In this document: piece by piece, positions 39,431 to 49,950 of the stretch | How positions within the stretch are numbered: the stretch's first letter is position 1 | Layout: every line of letters begins with the position of its first letter | Translations under genes and position numbers: made by a program | Notes under the pieces: generated by a model | What the model saw: only the letters and a program-made list of their open reading frames with translations | Databases searched by the model: none | Told to the model about the DNA's origin: nothing | Assembly: GCA_963674705.1 (NCBI GenBank) | Contig: OY771506.1 | Span: 3,968,001 to 4,032,000, forward strand | Source: Phycisphaeraceae bacterium | Lineage (GTDB): Bacteria; Planctomycetota; Phycisphaerae; Phycisphaerales; Phycisphaeraceae | DNA: 64,000 nucleotides | Reading direction: 5' to 3'

Positions 39431-41023
39431 ATGACCGATCCGACTTCTCCGCAAGAACCCACCCCGTCTACCCCTAACGCCTCTTCGCCGGACCAGGCAC
39501 TTGAGCAAGAGATTGCTGATGCGCTTGGCGGCAAGAGTGTCGAAGAGCTGATGGCGGAAGATGAACAGCAACCCCAGGCCGAAGACGCCAAGCAACAGGA
39601 CGAAGCGGGGCATCCCGACATGCGTCACGAAGTGCGTCGCGGCCGCATCGCGGCGATCCGTGGCGACGATGTGTTCGTCGAGTTGACCGGCGACACGGGC
39701 AAGATGCAGGGCGTCGTGCCGGCGTCACAGTTCGATCGTCCGCCACGCTTGGGTTCGATCATGGACTTCGTGGTCGACCATGTCGATGAAGCTCAGGGGC
39801 TGATCTTCCTGTCGCGTGAGGGCGCGATCAACCGTGCGACGTGGGAACAATTGCAGCGCGGCGCGGTGGTCGAGGCCCGTGTGGTCGCCAAGAACAAGGG
39901 CGGGCTCGAGCTTGAGATGCCCGGCGGGATCGCGGCGTTCATGCCCGCCAGCCAGATCGACATCCACCACGTGGAAGACCTGGAGCAGTTCGTCGGGCAG
40001 AAGCTCGAAGCGATCGTGCAGGAGATCGACCGTAAATCGAAGAAGGTCGTACTCAGCCGAAAGCACCTGATGGTCGATCGGCAGGCGAAGGAAAAAGAAA
40101 AGCTGATTTCCGACCTGGAAGTTGGTCAGGTTCGCGAGGGCAAGGTGTCGAACATCGTCGACTTCGGCGCGTTCGTGGACCTGGGCGGGATCGACGGGCT
40201 GGTGCATGTGTCTGACATGAGCTACTCGCACGTCGATAAGCCGAAGGATGTTTTGAAGGTCGGCCAGTCTGTGTCGGTGAAGGTTTTGAAGATCGACATG
40301 GAGAACCAACGAATCAGCCTGGGCCTGAAGCAGGTCGAGCCGGACCCGTGGGAATCGGTCGGCGAGAAGGTGAAGGTTGGCGACCAGATCTCGGCACGCG
40401 TGATCCGCAACGCGAGCTTCGGCTCGTTCATCGAGGTTGAGCCCGGTATCGAAGGGTTGCTGCCGATCAGCGAGATGAGCTGGAAACGTATTCACAAGCC
40501 TGACGAAGTGATCAAGGAAGGGGATGTGGTTCGTCTGGCTGTGATCGGCGTGGACCTTGGCAAGCACCGCATCACGCTGAGCCTGAAGCAGGCGCAGGGC
40601 GATCCGTGGGTGGGCGCTGAGCATAAGTATGCGAAGGAAAGCCTGGTCGACGGGCGGGTCCTTGGTACGACGGACTTCGGCGCGTTTGTCGAATTAGAGA
40701 CCGGCGTCGAAGGATTGGTGCATATTTCCGAGCTGGCGGACAAGCACGTAGCAAAGGTGACGGACGTGTTGAACGTCGGCGACACCAAGCAGTTCCGTGT
40801 GCTGGATATCAGCGAGACCGACCGGAAGGTGCGGCTGTCGCTCAAGGCGGTGAACAAGCCCGTCGGTGAGGCGGCCGATCCGCACAAGGCATCCAAGCAG
40901 GACATGAAACACCACCAGGCCAAGGCGGCGCAGCGTAAGCCGCGTAAGGACCTGAAGGGCGGCATGGAAGCCAAGAGCCTGGGCCAGGGTCTTGGTAGTT
41001 TGAATCTGGATGATTTTAAATGA
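39431..41023 (+). CDS. S1 RNA-binding multi-domain protein (ribosomal protein S1-like, five S1 domains)
   Basis: Repeated FGAFV.L..G.EGLVH.S motifs, NKGGL and AFMPASQID; extended acidic N-terminus. Confidence 0.88.
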   Translation: MTDPTSPQEPTPSTPNASSPDQALEQEIADALGGKSVEELMAEDEQQPQAEDAKQQDEAGHPDMRHEVRRGRIAAIRGDDVFVELTGDTGKMQGVVPASQFDRPPRLGSIMDFVVDHVDEAQGLIFLSREGAINRATWEQLQRGAVVEARVVAKNKGGLELEMPGGIAAFMPASQIDIHHVEDLEQFVGQKLEAIVQEIDRKSKKVVLSRKHLMVDRQAKEKEKLISDLEVGQVREGKVSNIVDFGAFVDLGGIDGLVHVSDMSYSHVDKPKDVLKVGQSVSVKVLKIDMENQRISLGLKQVEPDPWESVGEKVKVGDQISARVIRNASFGSFIEVEPGIEGLLPISEMSWKRIHKPDEVIKEGDVVRLAVIGVDLGKHRITLSLKQAQGDPWVGAEHKYAKESLVDGRVLGTTDFGAFVELETGVEGLVHISELADKHVAKVTDVLNVGDTKQFRVLDISETDRKVRLSLKAVNKPVGEAADPHKASKQDMKHHQAKAAQRKPRKDLKGGMEAKSLGQGLGSLNLDDFK

Positions 41024-41234
41024 GCCGTTAGCTTTTTTGCCGTTAGCCATTAGGAAGAGGGGGAATGGTTGAGGGTGAGGGTAATGGTGTGGTTGTGGTG
41101 TGGGATGCGGGATGTGGCAGCAAGCTGCCACGCTAAACGGGGAGGGGGCGTGGGGTTGCGGATGGGCGGGGAGCGTTGTGGTTTATTGCATTTTCTTTTT
41201 TTAGCTAACGGCTAAGGGCTAATGGCTAACGGCT
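41022..41234. repeat. Inverted arms of 7-nt tandem units (GCCRTTA) enclosing a G-rich spacer and a REP-like copy
   Basis: Left arm gagccgttagcttttttgccgttagccattag; right arm ctaacggctaagggctaatggctaacggctc. Confidence 0.75.
41114..41141 (-). repeat. REP-like element, CCCGTTTAGCG-hairpin family, copy 3
   Basis: gtggcagcaagctgccacgctaaacggg. Confidence 0.75.
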
Positions 41235-42496
41235 CTCATACAGACATCCTTATCGTCGGCGCGGGCGCAGCCGGGCTCATGGCGGGGATCGCAGCGGGAC
41301 GGGCGATGCGTGGTAACGGGCGTGTGGTCTTGCTGGATGGGGCGGAGCGTATCGGGGCGAAGATACTGGTCTCGGGCGGGGGGCGGTGCAATGTCACGCA
41401 TGATGTGGTGACTGCGGAGGACTACGCGGGATCGAAGCGTAACCAGATCGCGAAGGTGCTGCGGACGTTCAGTGTTGAAAAGACGATCGCGTTTTTCCGG
41501 GAAATCGGTGTTGAACTGAAACGGGAGGATACGGGGAAGTTGTTTCCGGTCAGTGATAGCGCGCGGATGGTGCTGGATGCGCTACTGAAGGCGGTGGATG
41601 AGGCGGGGTGTGAGTTGCTTGCCGGGCATCGTGTGGAGACGGTGCAACCTGAGGGGGATGGGTTTTCTGTAAGCACGGAGCGAGGAGCGTTTCAGGCGAA
41701 GCGCGTGATACTGGCGACGGGCGGGAAGAGCCTGCCGAAGACGGGCAGCGACGGGCAAGGTTATGCGTTTGCCAAGGCGCTGGGGCACAGCGTGACGAAG
41801 ACGACGCCGGCGCTGGTACCGTTGGTTTTGGAAAAGGGGCATTGGCTGACGAAGTTGAGCGGGCTGGCGGCGGATGTGGAGTTGATGGTGGTGTCGGGTA
41901 CGGGGAAGGTTTTGCAGCGTCAGGCGGGGGCGATGCTGCTGACGCATTTTGGTTTGAGCGGGCCGGGCGTGATGGATATCAGCAGGCACTGGATCGCGGC
42001 GAAGGCGACGGATCCGGGCGCTAAGCTGCAAGCGAATCTGCTGCCGGGCCGCAGTTTTGAAGAGGTGGATGCGGAGCTAGTGGAAGCGACGCAGAAGCGG
42101 GGGAAAGCAGGTGTGGGGAGCGTGGTAAGTGAGTTGTTGCCGAAGCGGTTGGCGGAGGCACTGGTGAAGGAAGCGTGTGGGATTGAGCCGGGTCCGGGGG
42201 GGCCGGGGGTGCAGGTCTCGCAACTGGGGAAGGTGCAGCGGCGGGAATTGGCACATGCGTTGACGGGATTGGTACTGCCGGTCGTGCGGGATCGGGGGTA
42301 TCTGTTTGCGGAAGTGACAGCGGGTGGCGTGCCGCTGGATGAAGTGGACCTGGCGACGATGCAATCACGCAAGTGCGCGGGGCTCTATCTGTGCGGCGAG
42401 GTGCTGGATGTGGACGGGCGGATCGGCGGGTACAACTTCCAGTGGGCGTGGAGCAGCGGGCGATTGGCGGGGATGTCGGCGGGATTTCAGAATTGA
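41222..42496 (+). CDS. HI0933/YhiN/BaiN-family flavoprotein
   Basis: GAGAAGLMA, KILVSGGGRCNVT, LATGGKS.P.TGS.G.GY, LTHFGLSGP, VTAGGV and GGYNFQWAW motifs. Confidence 0.93.
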   Translation: MANGSHTDILIVGAGAAGLMAGIAAGRAMRGNGRVVLLDGAERIGAKILVSGGGRCNVTHDVVTAEDYAGSKRNQIAKVLRTFSVEKTIAFFREIGVELKREDTGKLFPVSDSARMVLDALLKAVDEAGCELLAGHRVETVQPEGDGFSVSTERGAFQAKRVILATGGKSLPKTGSDGQGYAFAKALGHSVTKTTPALVPLVLEKGHWLTKLSGLAADVELMVVSGTGKVLQRQAGAMLLTHFGLSGPGVMDISRHWIAAKATDPGAKLQANLLPGRSFEEVDAELVEATQKRGKAGVGSVVSELLPKRLAEALVKEACGIEPGPGGPGVQVSQLGKVQRRELAHALTGLVLPVVRDRGYLFAEVTAGGVPLDEVDLATMQSRKCAGLYLCGEVLDVDGRIGGYNFQWAWSSGRLAGMSAGFQN

Positions 42497-42572
42497 ACCA
42501 CAGAGACACAGACGGCACAGAGAGAACCAAGATTAGAATTGCATTCTCTGTGTCCTCTGTGTCTCTGTGGTT
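42496..42572. repeat. Inverted-repeat element with 9-nt periodic arms
   Basis: aaccacagagacacagacggcacagaga / tctctgtgtcctctgtgtctctgtggtt. Confidence 0.8.
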
Positions 42573-42640
42573 AACATCCTTTCTCTTATGAAGCGGGATC
42601 GTGTAGGATGTGTGAGTAGGGGCGTGAGGGACGGTCATTT

Positions 42641-43303
42641 ATGAACACTTTCTACCGACAACTGCCGAATCAATTGACGCTGCTGCGGTTGGTGTTGGCG
42701 GCGGTGTTTTTTATCTTGTTGAACTGCTACCGGTACGATGCGCCGAATCCGAGCCCGATGTGGCTGCTGCCGATGGCGATCGTGGTGTTTATCCTCGCGG
42801 CGATCACGGACACGCTGGACGGGTACCTGGCCCGGAAGTGGGACGTCGAATCGAAGTTCGGCAGGATCATGGACCCGTTCTGTGACAAGGTGTTGATCAT
42901 CGGTGCGTTTGTTTACCTGGCCGGGCCGAGGTTCGTGATCCCCGGTGCGGTGGAAGTCGGACAGATCGACTTTTTCAGCATGGTGACGGGCGTGTATCCG
43001 TGGATGGTGGCGGTGATCCTGGCGCGGGAGCTACTGGTGACCGCGATCCGTGGCGAACTTGAGGGTGAGGGCGTGAAGTTCGGCGCGAACATCTGGGGCA
43101 AACTGAAGATGATCCTGCAATCGATCGTGATCCCGATCGTTCTGGCGATCGTGGTGATCGATCCGCGGCGGGACGGCTGGCATTGGTTGGGTTGGGTGCG
43201 GGATGTGCTGGTGTATGTGACGGTGCTGGTGACGGTGCTGAGCGGTTTGCCTTATATCACCGGGGCGGTGAAGGCGACGCGGGAGCAGAAGCAGGCGGGA
43301 TGA
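42641..43303 (+). CDS. pgsA: CDP-alcohol phosphatidyltransferase (phosphatidylglycerophosphate synthase)
   Basis: LPNQLTLLR, TDTLDGYLARK...FG..MDP.CDK, REL and GKLKM motifs. Confidence 0.88.
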   Translation: MNTFYRQLPNQLTLLRLVLAAVFFILLNCYRYDAPNPSPMWLLPMAIVVFILAAITDTLDGYLARKWDVESKFGRIMDPFCDKVLIIGAFVYLAGPRFVIPGAVEVGQIDFFSMVTGVYPWMVAVILARELLVTAIRGELEGEGVKFGANIWGKLKMILQSIVIPIVLAIVVIDPRRDGWHWLGWVRDVLVYVTVLVTVLSGLPYITGAVKATREQKQAG

Positions 43304-43398
43304 GGTTGGGTTGATTGGTTGATAGATTGGTAAATGAAGAGGCCGACGTTCTTAGAACGTGGGCTTCGGGTGTTTATGGGGGATGATTTGTTGGAAGA

Positions 43399-44859
43399 TT
43401 ATGCGAGGCGCTTGGAGGCGACGGTGCCGTCCTTGGTGGTTTTGACATCGTAGCCATTGTCGATGAGTTGCTGACGGATGGCGTCCGCGCCAGCGTAGTC
43501 TTTGCTCGCGCGGGCGGCGTCGAGTTGTTGGCAGAGTGCATCGGCATCGAGGGTGTCGGCGTTTGCTGATGGGTCTATATCCAACACGCCCAGCACTTGA
43601 TCGATGCGTTTGAGGAAGCCGGGCAGTTCATCGTCTTCCTTTTTCATGCGTTCAAAGACCATACCCAGCGCGCCGGCGATGTTCAGGTCGTCGGCAAGGA
43701 ATTCGATAAACGCCTGGATATCCGGGTGGTCGGTCGGCAGTGGTTCGCCATCAACAGCAGCGGCTTCACGCATCCGGCGAACGGCGCTGGCAGAATCGGT
43801 CAGGCCCTTCGCGGTGAAGTTCATGTTGGAGCGGTAGTGGGCCTTGATCATTTCGTAGCGCAGGACGGCCGGGTCGACCTCGCGGCCGGTGGCTTTGCCT
43901 TCCAGCACATCGCGGACGGTGAAGAAGTTGCCCTTGGATTTGGACATCTTCTCACCCTCAACCATGAGGAATCTTGCGTGCATCCAAAAGCGGGCGAAGT
44001 GGTCTTTGCCGGTCGCGCCGCAGGACTGGGCGATTTCGCATTCATGGTGGGGGAAGATGTTGTCTTCGCCGCCGGTGTGGATGTCGATGACCTCGCGGCC
44101 GAGCATCGCGCGTGCCATGGCGGAGCATTCGATGTGCCAGCCGGGGTAACCGACGCCCCAGGGTGAATCCCACTTCATCAGGTGCGACGCATCCGGCTTC
44201 CAGAGCAGGAAGTCGGCCGGGTGGCGTTTGCCTGCCTGGTGTTCATCCTGGATGCGGCCGCCCGCGCCGCCGCGCAGATGTTCGAGCGTGTTGCCCGAGA
44301 GCTTGCCGTACTCCGGGAAGCTCTGGACACTGAAGTAGACCGCGCCGTCGTTGGCGATGTAGGCGTGATCCTTTTCGATGAGCGTTTTGATCATCGGGAT
44401 CATGCTCTTTTCAACGTGCTCAGTTGCACGCGGCGTTTTAGCGGGAAATTCCAGCGCGACCTTCAGGCCGAGCTTTTTGCCATCCTCGATGAATGCTTTG
44501 GTGAAGAACTCCGCGACAGCGAAGGGGTCGTCCGGATTGTCGACCAGGGCGACGCCTTGCTTCTTGGATTCCTTGAGCCGTTTGGCGGCGGCCTCCATCT
44601 TGTCCTCACCCCCGCCGTCGGCAAGCTGGTCTTCGGTCATGTGCCCGACATCAGTGATATTCATCACTTGCTGGACATCGAAGCCGGCCAGTTCGAGGAA
44701 CCGTCGGAGCAGGTCGGCGAAGAGGAACGCGCGGAAGTTACCGATGTGGGCGTAGTCGTAGACGGTCGGCCCGCAGTTGTACATATACACCTTGCCGGGC
44801 TCGATCGGCTCGAAGGTTTGCGTCTGGTGGGTCAGCGTGTTGTAAAAGCGGATATCCAT
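43399..44859 (-). CDS. cysS: Cysteinyl-tRNA synthetase
   Basis: [34 protein letters not shown] and KMSKS motifs; start placed at MDIRFYNTL. Confidence 0.97.
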   Translation of the reverse strand: MDIRFYNTLTHQTQTFEPIEPGKVYMYNCGPTVYDYAHIGNFRAFLFADLLRRFLELAGFDVQQVMNITDVGHMTEDQLADGGGEDKMEAAAKRLKESKKQGVALVDNPDDPFAVAEFFTKAFIEDGKKLGLKVALEFPAKTPRATEHVEKSMIPMIKTLIEKDHAYIANDGAVYFSVQSFPEYGKLSGNTLEHLRGGAGGRIQDEHQAGKRHPADFLLWKPDASHLMKWDSPWGVGYPGWHIECSAMARAMLGREVIDIHTGGEDNIFPHHECEIAQSCGATGKDHFARFWMHARFLMVEGEKMSKSKGNFFTVRDVLEGKATGREVDPAVLRYEMIKAHYRSNMNFTAKGLTDSASAVRRMREAAAVDGEPLPTDHPDIQAFIEFLADDLNIAGALGMVFERMKKEDDELPGFLKRIDQVLGVLDIDPSANADTLDADALCQQLDAARASKDYAGADAIRQQLIDNGYDVKTTKDGTVASKRLA

Positions 44860-45091
44860 GAGCGGGAAAGTGTAGCCAGCGAACGGGCTTATCGCGAGTC
44901 CGATTGATGTTGAATGCTGTGATCCTGAGCGAAACTGGCGCCTCCGGCGAATCATTTCTCAAAAAGAAACCTCTGGCCAGTAGCTTGCCGGTGATCTGAT
45001 AAAGATCGTATTTAGCCTAAATACTAAGTTCGTGCCTCGTTCACAACTGGACCAGAGTGGGGTGATATTCTTGGCCTTTTTCAGCGGCTAT

Positions 45092-46369
45092 TTATTCAGC
45101 GGCGGTTTTTTCGGACGGCTGGGTCTTGACCTCGACACGCACGACGCGGGTGCGTTCGGCCTCGGTGACCTTGAAACAGATCCCCTCGTACTCGAACGTT
45201 TCCCCGGCCTTGGGGATGTGCCCCAGCGTGGCGAAGACGAAGCCGCCGACGGTGTCGTAGTCTTCATCTTCAGGTAGTTCGACGTCCAGTTCGTCGTTGA
45301 GGTCGTCGATCTCAACCCGGGCATCGACGTGCAGCGTCTCGGAATCGATGCGCTCGATCTGCGGGAAATCGTCTGTCACTTCGTATTCGTCCTGAATCTC
45401 GCCGACCAGTTCTTCGAGGATGTCTTCGATAGTGACCAGCCCCGCCGTTCCGCCGTACTCATCGAGCACCAGGGCGATGTGGATCTTCTTGGCTTTGAAT
45501 TCCGCGAGTAGTTCGCCGACGTTCTTACTCTCGGGGACCATCATCGCCTCACGCAGGACGCTGCGGAGGTCGAAGTCCTCACCGTCGCCGACGAATTTGA
45601 TCATGTCCTTGGCGTAGAGGATGCCGACGATGTTGTCGATCGTTTCTTCGTAGACGGGGATTCGGCTGTGCCCGTGCTGGAGGATCGTATCCTTGATCTG
45701 TTCGAGCGATGCGTTGACTTCGAGGCCTTTGACATCCGTGCGCGGTGTCATGACCTGCTCAGCCTCGGTATCGGAGAGGTCGAAGACCGCCTCGATCATT
45801 TCCTTCTGGGCTTCGTCGACTTCTGCGCCGTCCTCGTGCTGTTCCACCATGGACAGGACTTCATCGGACAAATCATCATCGTCCTCGTTCAGGTCGATGC
45901 CGGAGATTCGGCGGATGATCGGATCGAACAGGTGCAAGGACCAGACGATCGGTCGGAACACGAAGAGCATCACGTTCAGCAGCGGCATGGAAAGCGCGAC
46001 CAGACTTTCGCGCTGATATCGCGCCCAACTGACCGGGATCGCAACCGCGAAGATGCTGAGCAGGACACCTGCGATCAGGAACGTGACCAGGTAGATCATC
46101 AGCAGGGGCCACTGGCCGTCGAGTTTTTCTTCAATGCGATAGAGGATCGCGAATGTGACGACCAGGTTCAGCACCGCCCGGAGCGTGCCTGTCATCAACA
46201 GCAACATGGGCTGACGCTGGATAAACCTGTCCAACTGTATGGGGTCATAACCCGCCCCCAACCGGTCAGCCAGCCGTTTGCGTGACAGGGTTTTCAGAAC
46301 GATATTGCAGGTCGAGAAGTAACAGACCAGCAGACTTCCGATGATGGCGATCACGATCGCGTAACTCAC
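45092..46369 (-). CDS. HlyC/CorC (CNNM + CBS) family membrane protein
   Basis: N-terminal TM helices, VMTPRTD, HSRIPVY, VLDEYGGTAGLVTIEDILEELVGEI.DE and a CorC tail. Confidence 0.92.
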   Translation of the reverse strand: MSYAIVIAIIGSLLVCYFSTCNIVLKTLSRKRLADRLGAGYDPIQLDRFIQRQPMLLLMTGTLRAVLNLVVTFAILYRIEEKLDGQWPLLMIYLVTFLIAGVLLSIFAVAIPVSWARYQRESLVALSMPLLNVMLFVFRPIVWSLHLFDPIIRRISGIDLNEDDDDLSDEVLSMVEQHEDGAEVDEAQKEMIEAVFDLSDTEAEQVMTPRTDVKGLEVNASLEQIKDTILQHGHSRIPVYEETIDNIVGILYAKDMIKFVGDGEDFDLRSVLREAMMVPESKNVGELLAEFKAKKIHIALVLDEYGGTAGLVTIEDILEELVGEIQDEYEVTDDFPQIERIDSETLHVDARVEIDDLNDELDVELPEDEDYDTVGGFVFATLGHIPKAGETFEYEGICFKVTEAERTRVVRVEVKTQPSEKTAAE

Positions 46370-46464
46370 TGACTTAGGCCCGTCCCCTGGTCTGATCCAT
46401 CGATCGGATCACTCATCCAAGCCTCGCCGCATCAGGGGGAACACAGCGGGGCTTACGGTTAATA

Positions 46465-47049
46465 TTACGGCTCACCAAACACGGGGCCGAACCCCGCCCT
46501 GGTCAGTAATTCATTTTCACGTTGGTGCATCTTCCGGTAATCGTCCAGCTCGTGGTCGTCCTCACCGAGCAGGTGCAGCAGGCCGTGCACCGCATAGAGC
46601 AGAAGCTCCAACCGGGTGTCATGCCCGCGCTCGGCAGCCTGGCGTGCTGCGACATCCATGCACAGGACGATATCTCCCTCGACTGACTGGCCAACCGCAG
46701 GGGGCTTCTGGTCGTCCCGCAGGTCGAATGTCAGCACGTCCGTTGTGCCGGGGATGTTGCAGTACTGTTGGTGCAACTCGGCCATCTGCTCATCGTCCAC
46801 AACAGCCAGATTGATACAGCCCCCGGCGACACCTGCCAAGGCGGCGACGCGCGTAAACTCATGGGTTAACCAGTTTTCGGCTGGAGGATCGCAATCGTCG
46901 GTCTGCAGGTCCAGGGTCACGATCAAGCCGTGACCCCTGGCCGGGTCCGGGTCATCGGGCTCTCGTCCCGGCGACACAGCCACCTCTCCTGCATGCTCAT
47001 CAGCAGAAGGGGCTGCCTCGGATTGTGAAGATGTCAGGGATCGGATCAC
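46465..47049 (-). CDS. ybeY: rRNA maturation endoribonuclease YbeY
   Basis: TDVLTF, GDIVL and HGLLHLLGEDDH motifs; start uncertain. Confidence 0.9.
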   Translation of the reverse strand: MIRSLTSSQSEAAPSADEHAGEVAVSPGREPDDPDPARGHGLIVTLDLQTDDCDPPAENWLTHEFTRVAALAGVAGGCINLAVVDDEQMAELHQQYCNIPGTTDVLTFDLRDDQKPPAVGQSVEGDIVLCMDVAARQAAERGHDTRLELLLYAVHGLLHLLGEDDHELDDYRKMHQRENELLTRAGFGPVFGEP

Positions 47050-47355
47050 GGTGGTTTGTTTCTCAGGCCGCCCGGTCTGACAAGACCCGGCAAGTCATTC
47101 AAGCCGCCTCATATCATAGCCCAATCGGGCTTTGGGGCCAATAATCCACATTTTCGGGGGGCCGGGATTTTACATCGGCAGGATCAGTGTGGAGTACCGA
47201 ATTTCTAGTCGCAATTGGGAAAAAAAGAGACACGATATAGGCACAGAAGACATAGCTGACGCTATACTGCGGGGCTCCGCTGGTGTTGGGGAGTGGGGGG
47301 ATGGGGGATTCTCTTTTGAAGATCGATTAACAAGGCTTTGCCGGAATTGGAGTAG

Positions 47356-48426
47356 ATGATGGCGGACTGGTTTGAGCAGTTGGATCTGGCGGCGAAGGCG
47401 CAGCAGCGGCCGACGCATCGGGTCGTGGCGGGTGACGGGATGCTGCTTCTGACCGAGGTGGGGGCCCGGATCATGGCGTGCGAGCTGCCGGGTGTTGAGG
47501 GGAACCTGTTTTTCAACCACCCGACGATGCTCGAACCGGACAAGACGGATAAGCCGTTCGGCGGGGATCGGCTTTGGATCGCACCGGAGGTGGGTTGGTA
47601 CTGGCCGAGCCTGGAACTGGCGAGGGAGGACCCGGGCAAGAACGCGGCGACGCCGCCACAGATCGATCCGGGCAATTACACGACGGATAGTGCGTCGCCT
47701 GCGCATGTGCAGCTATCCAACCGGTTCCGAGTCAATGATGTGCGGGATGGTAAGGCGATCGAACTGGCGGTGTCACGGCAGGTGCGTGCGGTCAGTGCGC
47801 CGAGCGGATTGCCGGGCGATCTGATGTGTGCCAGTTTCGCGATAACGAATATTCTTGTCCTGCGTGACGGCGATGAGGGTGCGGTGGCGTGCGTGTGGGA
47901 TATTTTACAGGTCCCGCCGACGGGGACACTGATCTGCCCGACGACGGCGCCTGCGAAGCAAGTTGAAGAGCCGACGAGTTATTACGATCCGTTCGGTGAG
48001 AAGCATGTCGAGTGCGATGATCGCGCGGTTCGTTTCCTGATCGACAGCGACCGCATGATCAAGATGGGCTTGAAGGCGGAGCATACCACGGGGCGGATGG
48101 GGTATTACCGCAAGCTGGATAATGGGATGTCGACGTTGATCGTGCGTGTGTTCGGTCCTCAGCCGGGCGAGCCTTATCCGGATATTCCCCGAAGTGCAGA
48201 TATCGATCAGCGGTTGGGCGGCGATGCATTGCAGGCGTACAACCACGGCGAATGCGGGCCCGGCGGCTTCGGTGAGATGGAATATCACGACCCGGCGGTG
48301 ATCGTCGGCAACGGCCCGACCTCGCGAACCGGCAGCAGTGTGACGCACGTGCTGGCTGGGCCTGACCGCTCGATCCGCATGTTCGGCCAGCGTTTGCTTG
48401 GCGTGCCGATCCAGTCGATCGATTGA
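47356..48426 (+). CDS. Conserved hypothetical protein (DUF6786/DUF4380-like)
   Basis: GARIM, GGDRLWIAPE and FGEMEYH motifs. Confidence 0.55.
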   Translation: MMADWFEQLDLAAKAQQRPTHRVVAGDGMLLLTEVGARIMACELPGVEGNLFFNHPTMLEPDKTDKPFGGDRLWIAPEVGWYWPSLELAREDPGKNAATPPQIDPGNYTTDSASPAHVQLSNRFRVNDVRDGKAIELAVSRQVRAVSAPSGLPGDLMCASFAITNILVLRDGDEGAVACVWDILQVPPTGTLICPTTAPAKQVEEPTSYYDPFGEKHVECDDRAVRFLIDSDRMIKMGLKAEHTTGRMGYYRKLDNGMSTLIVRVFGPQPGEPYPDIPRSADIDQRLGGDALQAYNHGECGPGGFGEMEYHDPAVIVGNGPTSRTGSSVTHVLAGPDRSIRMFGQRLLGVPIQSID

Positions 48427-48522
48427 GTGATGACAAACTGTTATAGAATCAATTGAGACGTGCGGTGGCAGTGCCATTAACAGTGTCGCGATGATTGCGT
48501 AGTAGGACTAAGATACGCAACT

Positions 48523-49761
48523 ATGACACGCATTAACGACAACTTTCTGAAGCTTAAGGCCGGTTATCTGTTTCCTGAGATCGGGCGGCGCGTTCGCGCG
48601 TATGTTCATGACAATCCCGATGCGAAGGTGATCAAACTGGGCATCGGCGACGTGACCGAGCCGCTGCCAGAAGCTTGTCGAACAGCCATGATCAAGGCTG
48701 TGAACGAGATGGGTAAGCGTGAGACGTTCCGCGGGTATATGGACACCAGCCAGGGGTATGACTGGTTGCTGGAAGCGATCGCGGCGGAAGACTACAAAGG
48801 GCGCGGCTGCGAGATCGCACCCGATGAGATCTTTGTTTCCGACGGCTCAAAGAGTGACTGTGCGAACATCCTCGACATCTTCGGCCGCGACAACACGATC
48901 GCGGTGACGGACCCGGTGTATCCGGTGTATGTCGATACCAACGTGATGGCGGGCAACACGGGTGCGGCCGACGCAAAAGGCGAATACGACGGCTTGATTT
49001 ACATGCGAGCCGACGAATCGAACGGATTCGTTCCGGATGTGCCGCAGCAAAAGGTCGACCTGATCTATCTGTGTTATCCGAACAACCCGACCGGCTCGGT
49101 TGCTGAAAAGGAAATGCTCAAAAGGTGGGTGGATTACGCGAACGAAAACGGGAGCATTATCCTGTTCGACGCGGCCTACGAAGCGTTTATCAAGAACCCG
49201 ATGCTGCCGCACTCGATCTTTGAGGTGCCGGGCGCGCGGACATGTGCGATCGAGTTCCGCAGCTTCTCGAAGAACGCGGGCTTCACGGGCACGCGCTGTG
49301 CGTTCACGGTGATCCCGAAGGAACTGGTCGGCAAGACCGCTGACGGGAAGGATCAGCCGATCCATCCGCTATGGGCGCGTCGACAGAACACGAAGTTCAA
49401 CGGCGTCTCCTACATCGTGCAGCGCGGCGCGGAGGCGGTGTATTCCGAAGCAGGCAAAGAGCAGGTGGCTGCGCTGATCGGTTTCTACATGGAAAACGCA
49501 CGCATCATCCGCGAAGCGCTCGAAGCGGCGGGTATGAAAGTCTTCGGCGGTGAGAACGCGCCGTATGTCTGGATCAAGACCCCGGCCGGGAAGACAAGCT
49601 GGGAGTTCTTCGACATGTTGCTGAACGAAACACACATCGTCGGCACCCCCGGAAGCGGTTTCGGCACGGCAGGTGAAGGATATTTACGCTTGAGCGCGTT
49701 TAACAGTCGCGAGAATGTAGAGCAGGCGATGCAGCGCATCGGCGCGGCGCTGGCGGTGTGA
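48523..49761 (+). CDS. dapL: LL-diaminopimelate aminotransferase
   Basis: [42 protein letters not shown] and TPGSGFG motifs. Confidence 0.96.
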   Translation: MTRINDNFLKLKAGYLFPEIGRRVRAYVHDNPDAKVIKLGIGDVTEPLPEACRTAMIKAVNEMGKRETFRGYMDTSQGYDWLLEAIAAEDYKGRGCEIAPDEIFVSDGSKSDCANILDIFGRDNTIAVTDPVYPVYVDTNVMAGNTGAADAKGEYDGLIYMRADESNGFVPDVPQQKVDLIYLCYPNNPTGSVAEKEMLKRWVDYANENGSIILFDAAYEAFIKNPMLPHSIFEVPGARTCAIEFRSFSKNAGFTGTRCAFTVIPKELVGKTADGKDQPIHPLWARRQNTKFNGVSYIVQRGAEAVYSEAGKEQVAALIGFYMENARIIREALEAAGMKVFGGENAPYVWIKTPAGKTSWEFFDMLLNETHIVGTPGSGFGTAGEGYLRLSAFNSRENVEQAMQRIGAALAV

Positions 49762-49776
49762 GAAGTAGAAACTTAA

Positions 49777-49897
49777 CTCCTTCTCCCCTCGGGAGAGGGC
49801 CGGGGTGAGGGCCAGAGTTATTTGTTGATCGGTTTATTCATTGATCACAAAATCCACCCGGCCCTCATCCTAACCTTCTCCCGCGGGGAGAAGGGAC
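49777..49897. repeat. Inverted doublet of CCCTCACCC-CCCTCTCCC palindromic repeats
   Basis: ccttctcccctcgggagagggccggggtgagggcc ... ggccctcatcctaaccttctcccgcggggagaaggg. Confidence 0.8.
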
Positions 49898-49950
49898 CGG
49901 AACTGAGCGATTAGTGTTAATGTAGTTTTTTGAATCTTTAGTACCCAACC

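Noticed and set aside
47141..47197. DnaA-box-like sequences (TAATCCACA, TGTGGAGTA)
   Set aside because: Only two imperfect matches, far from the skew switch, with no AT-rich unwinding element.
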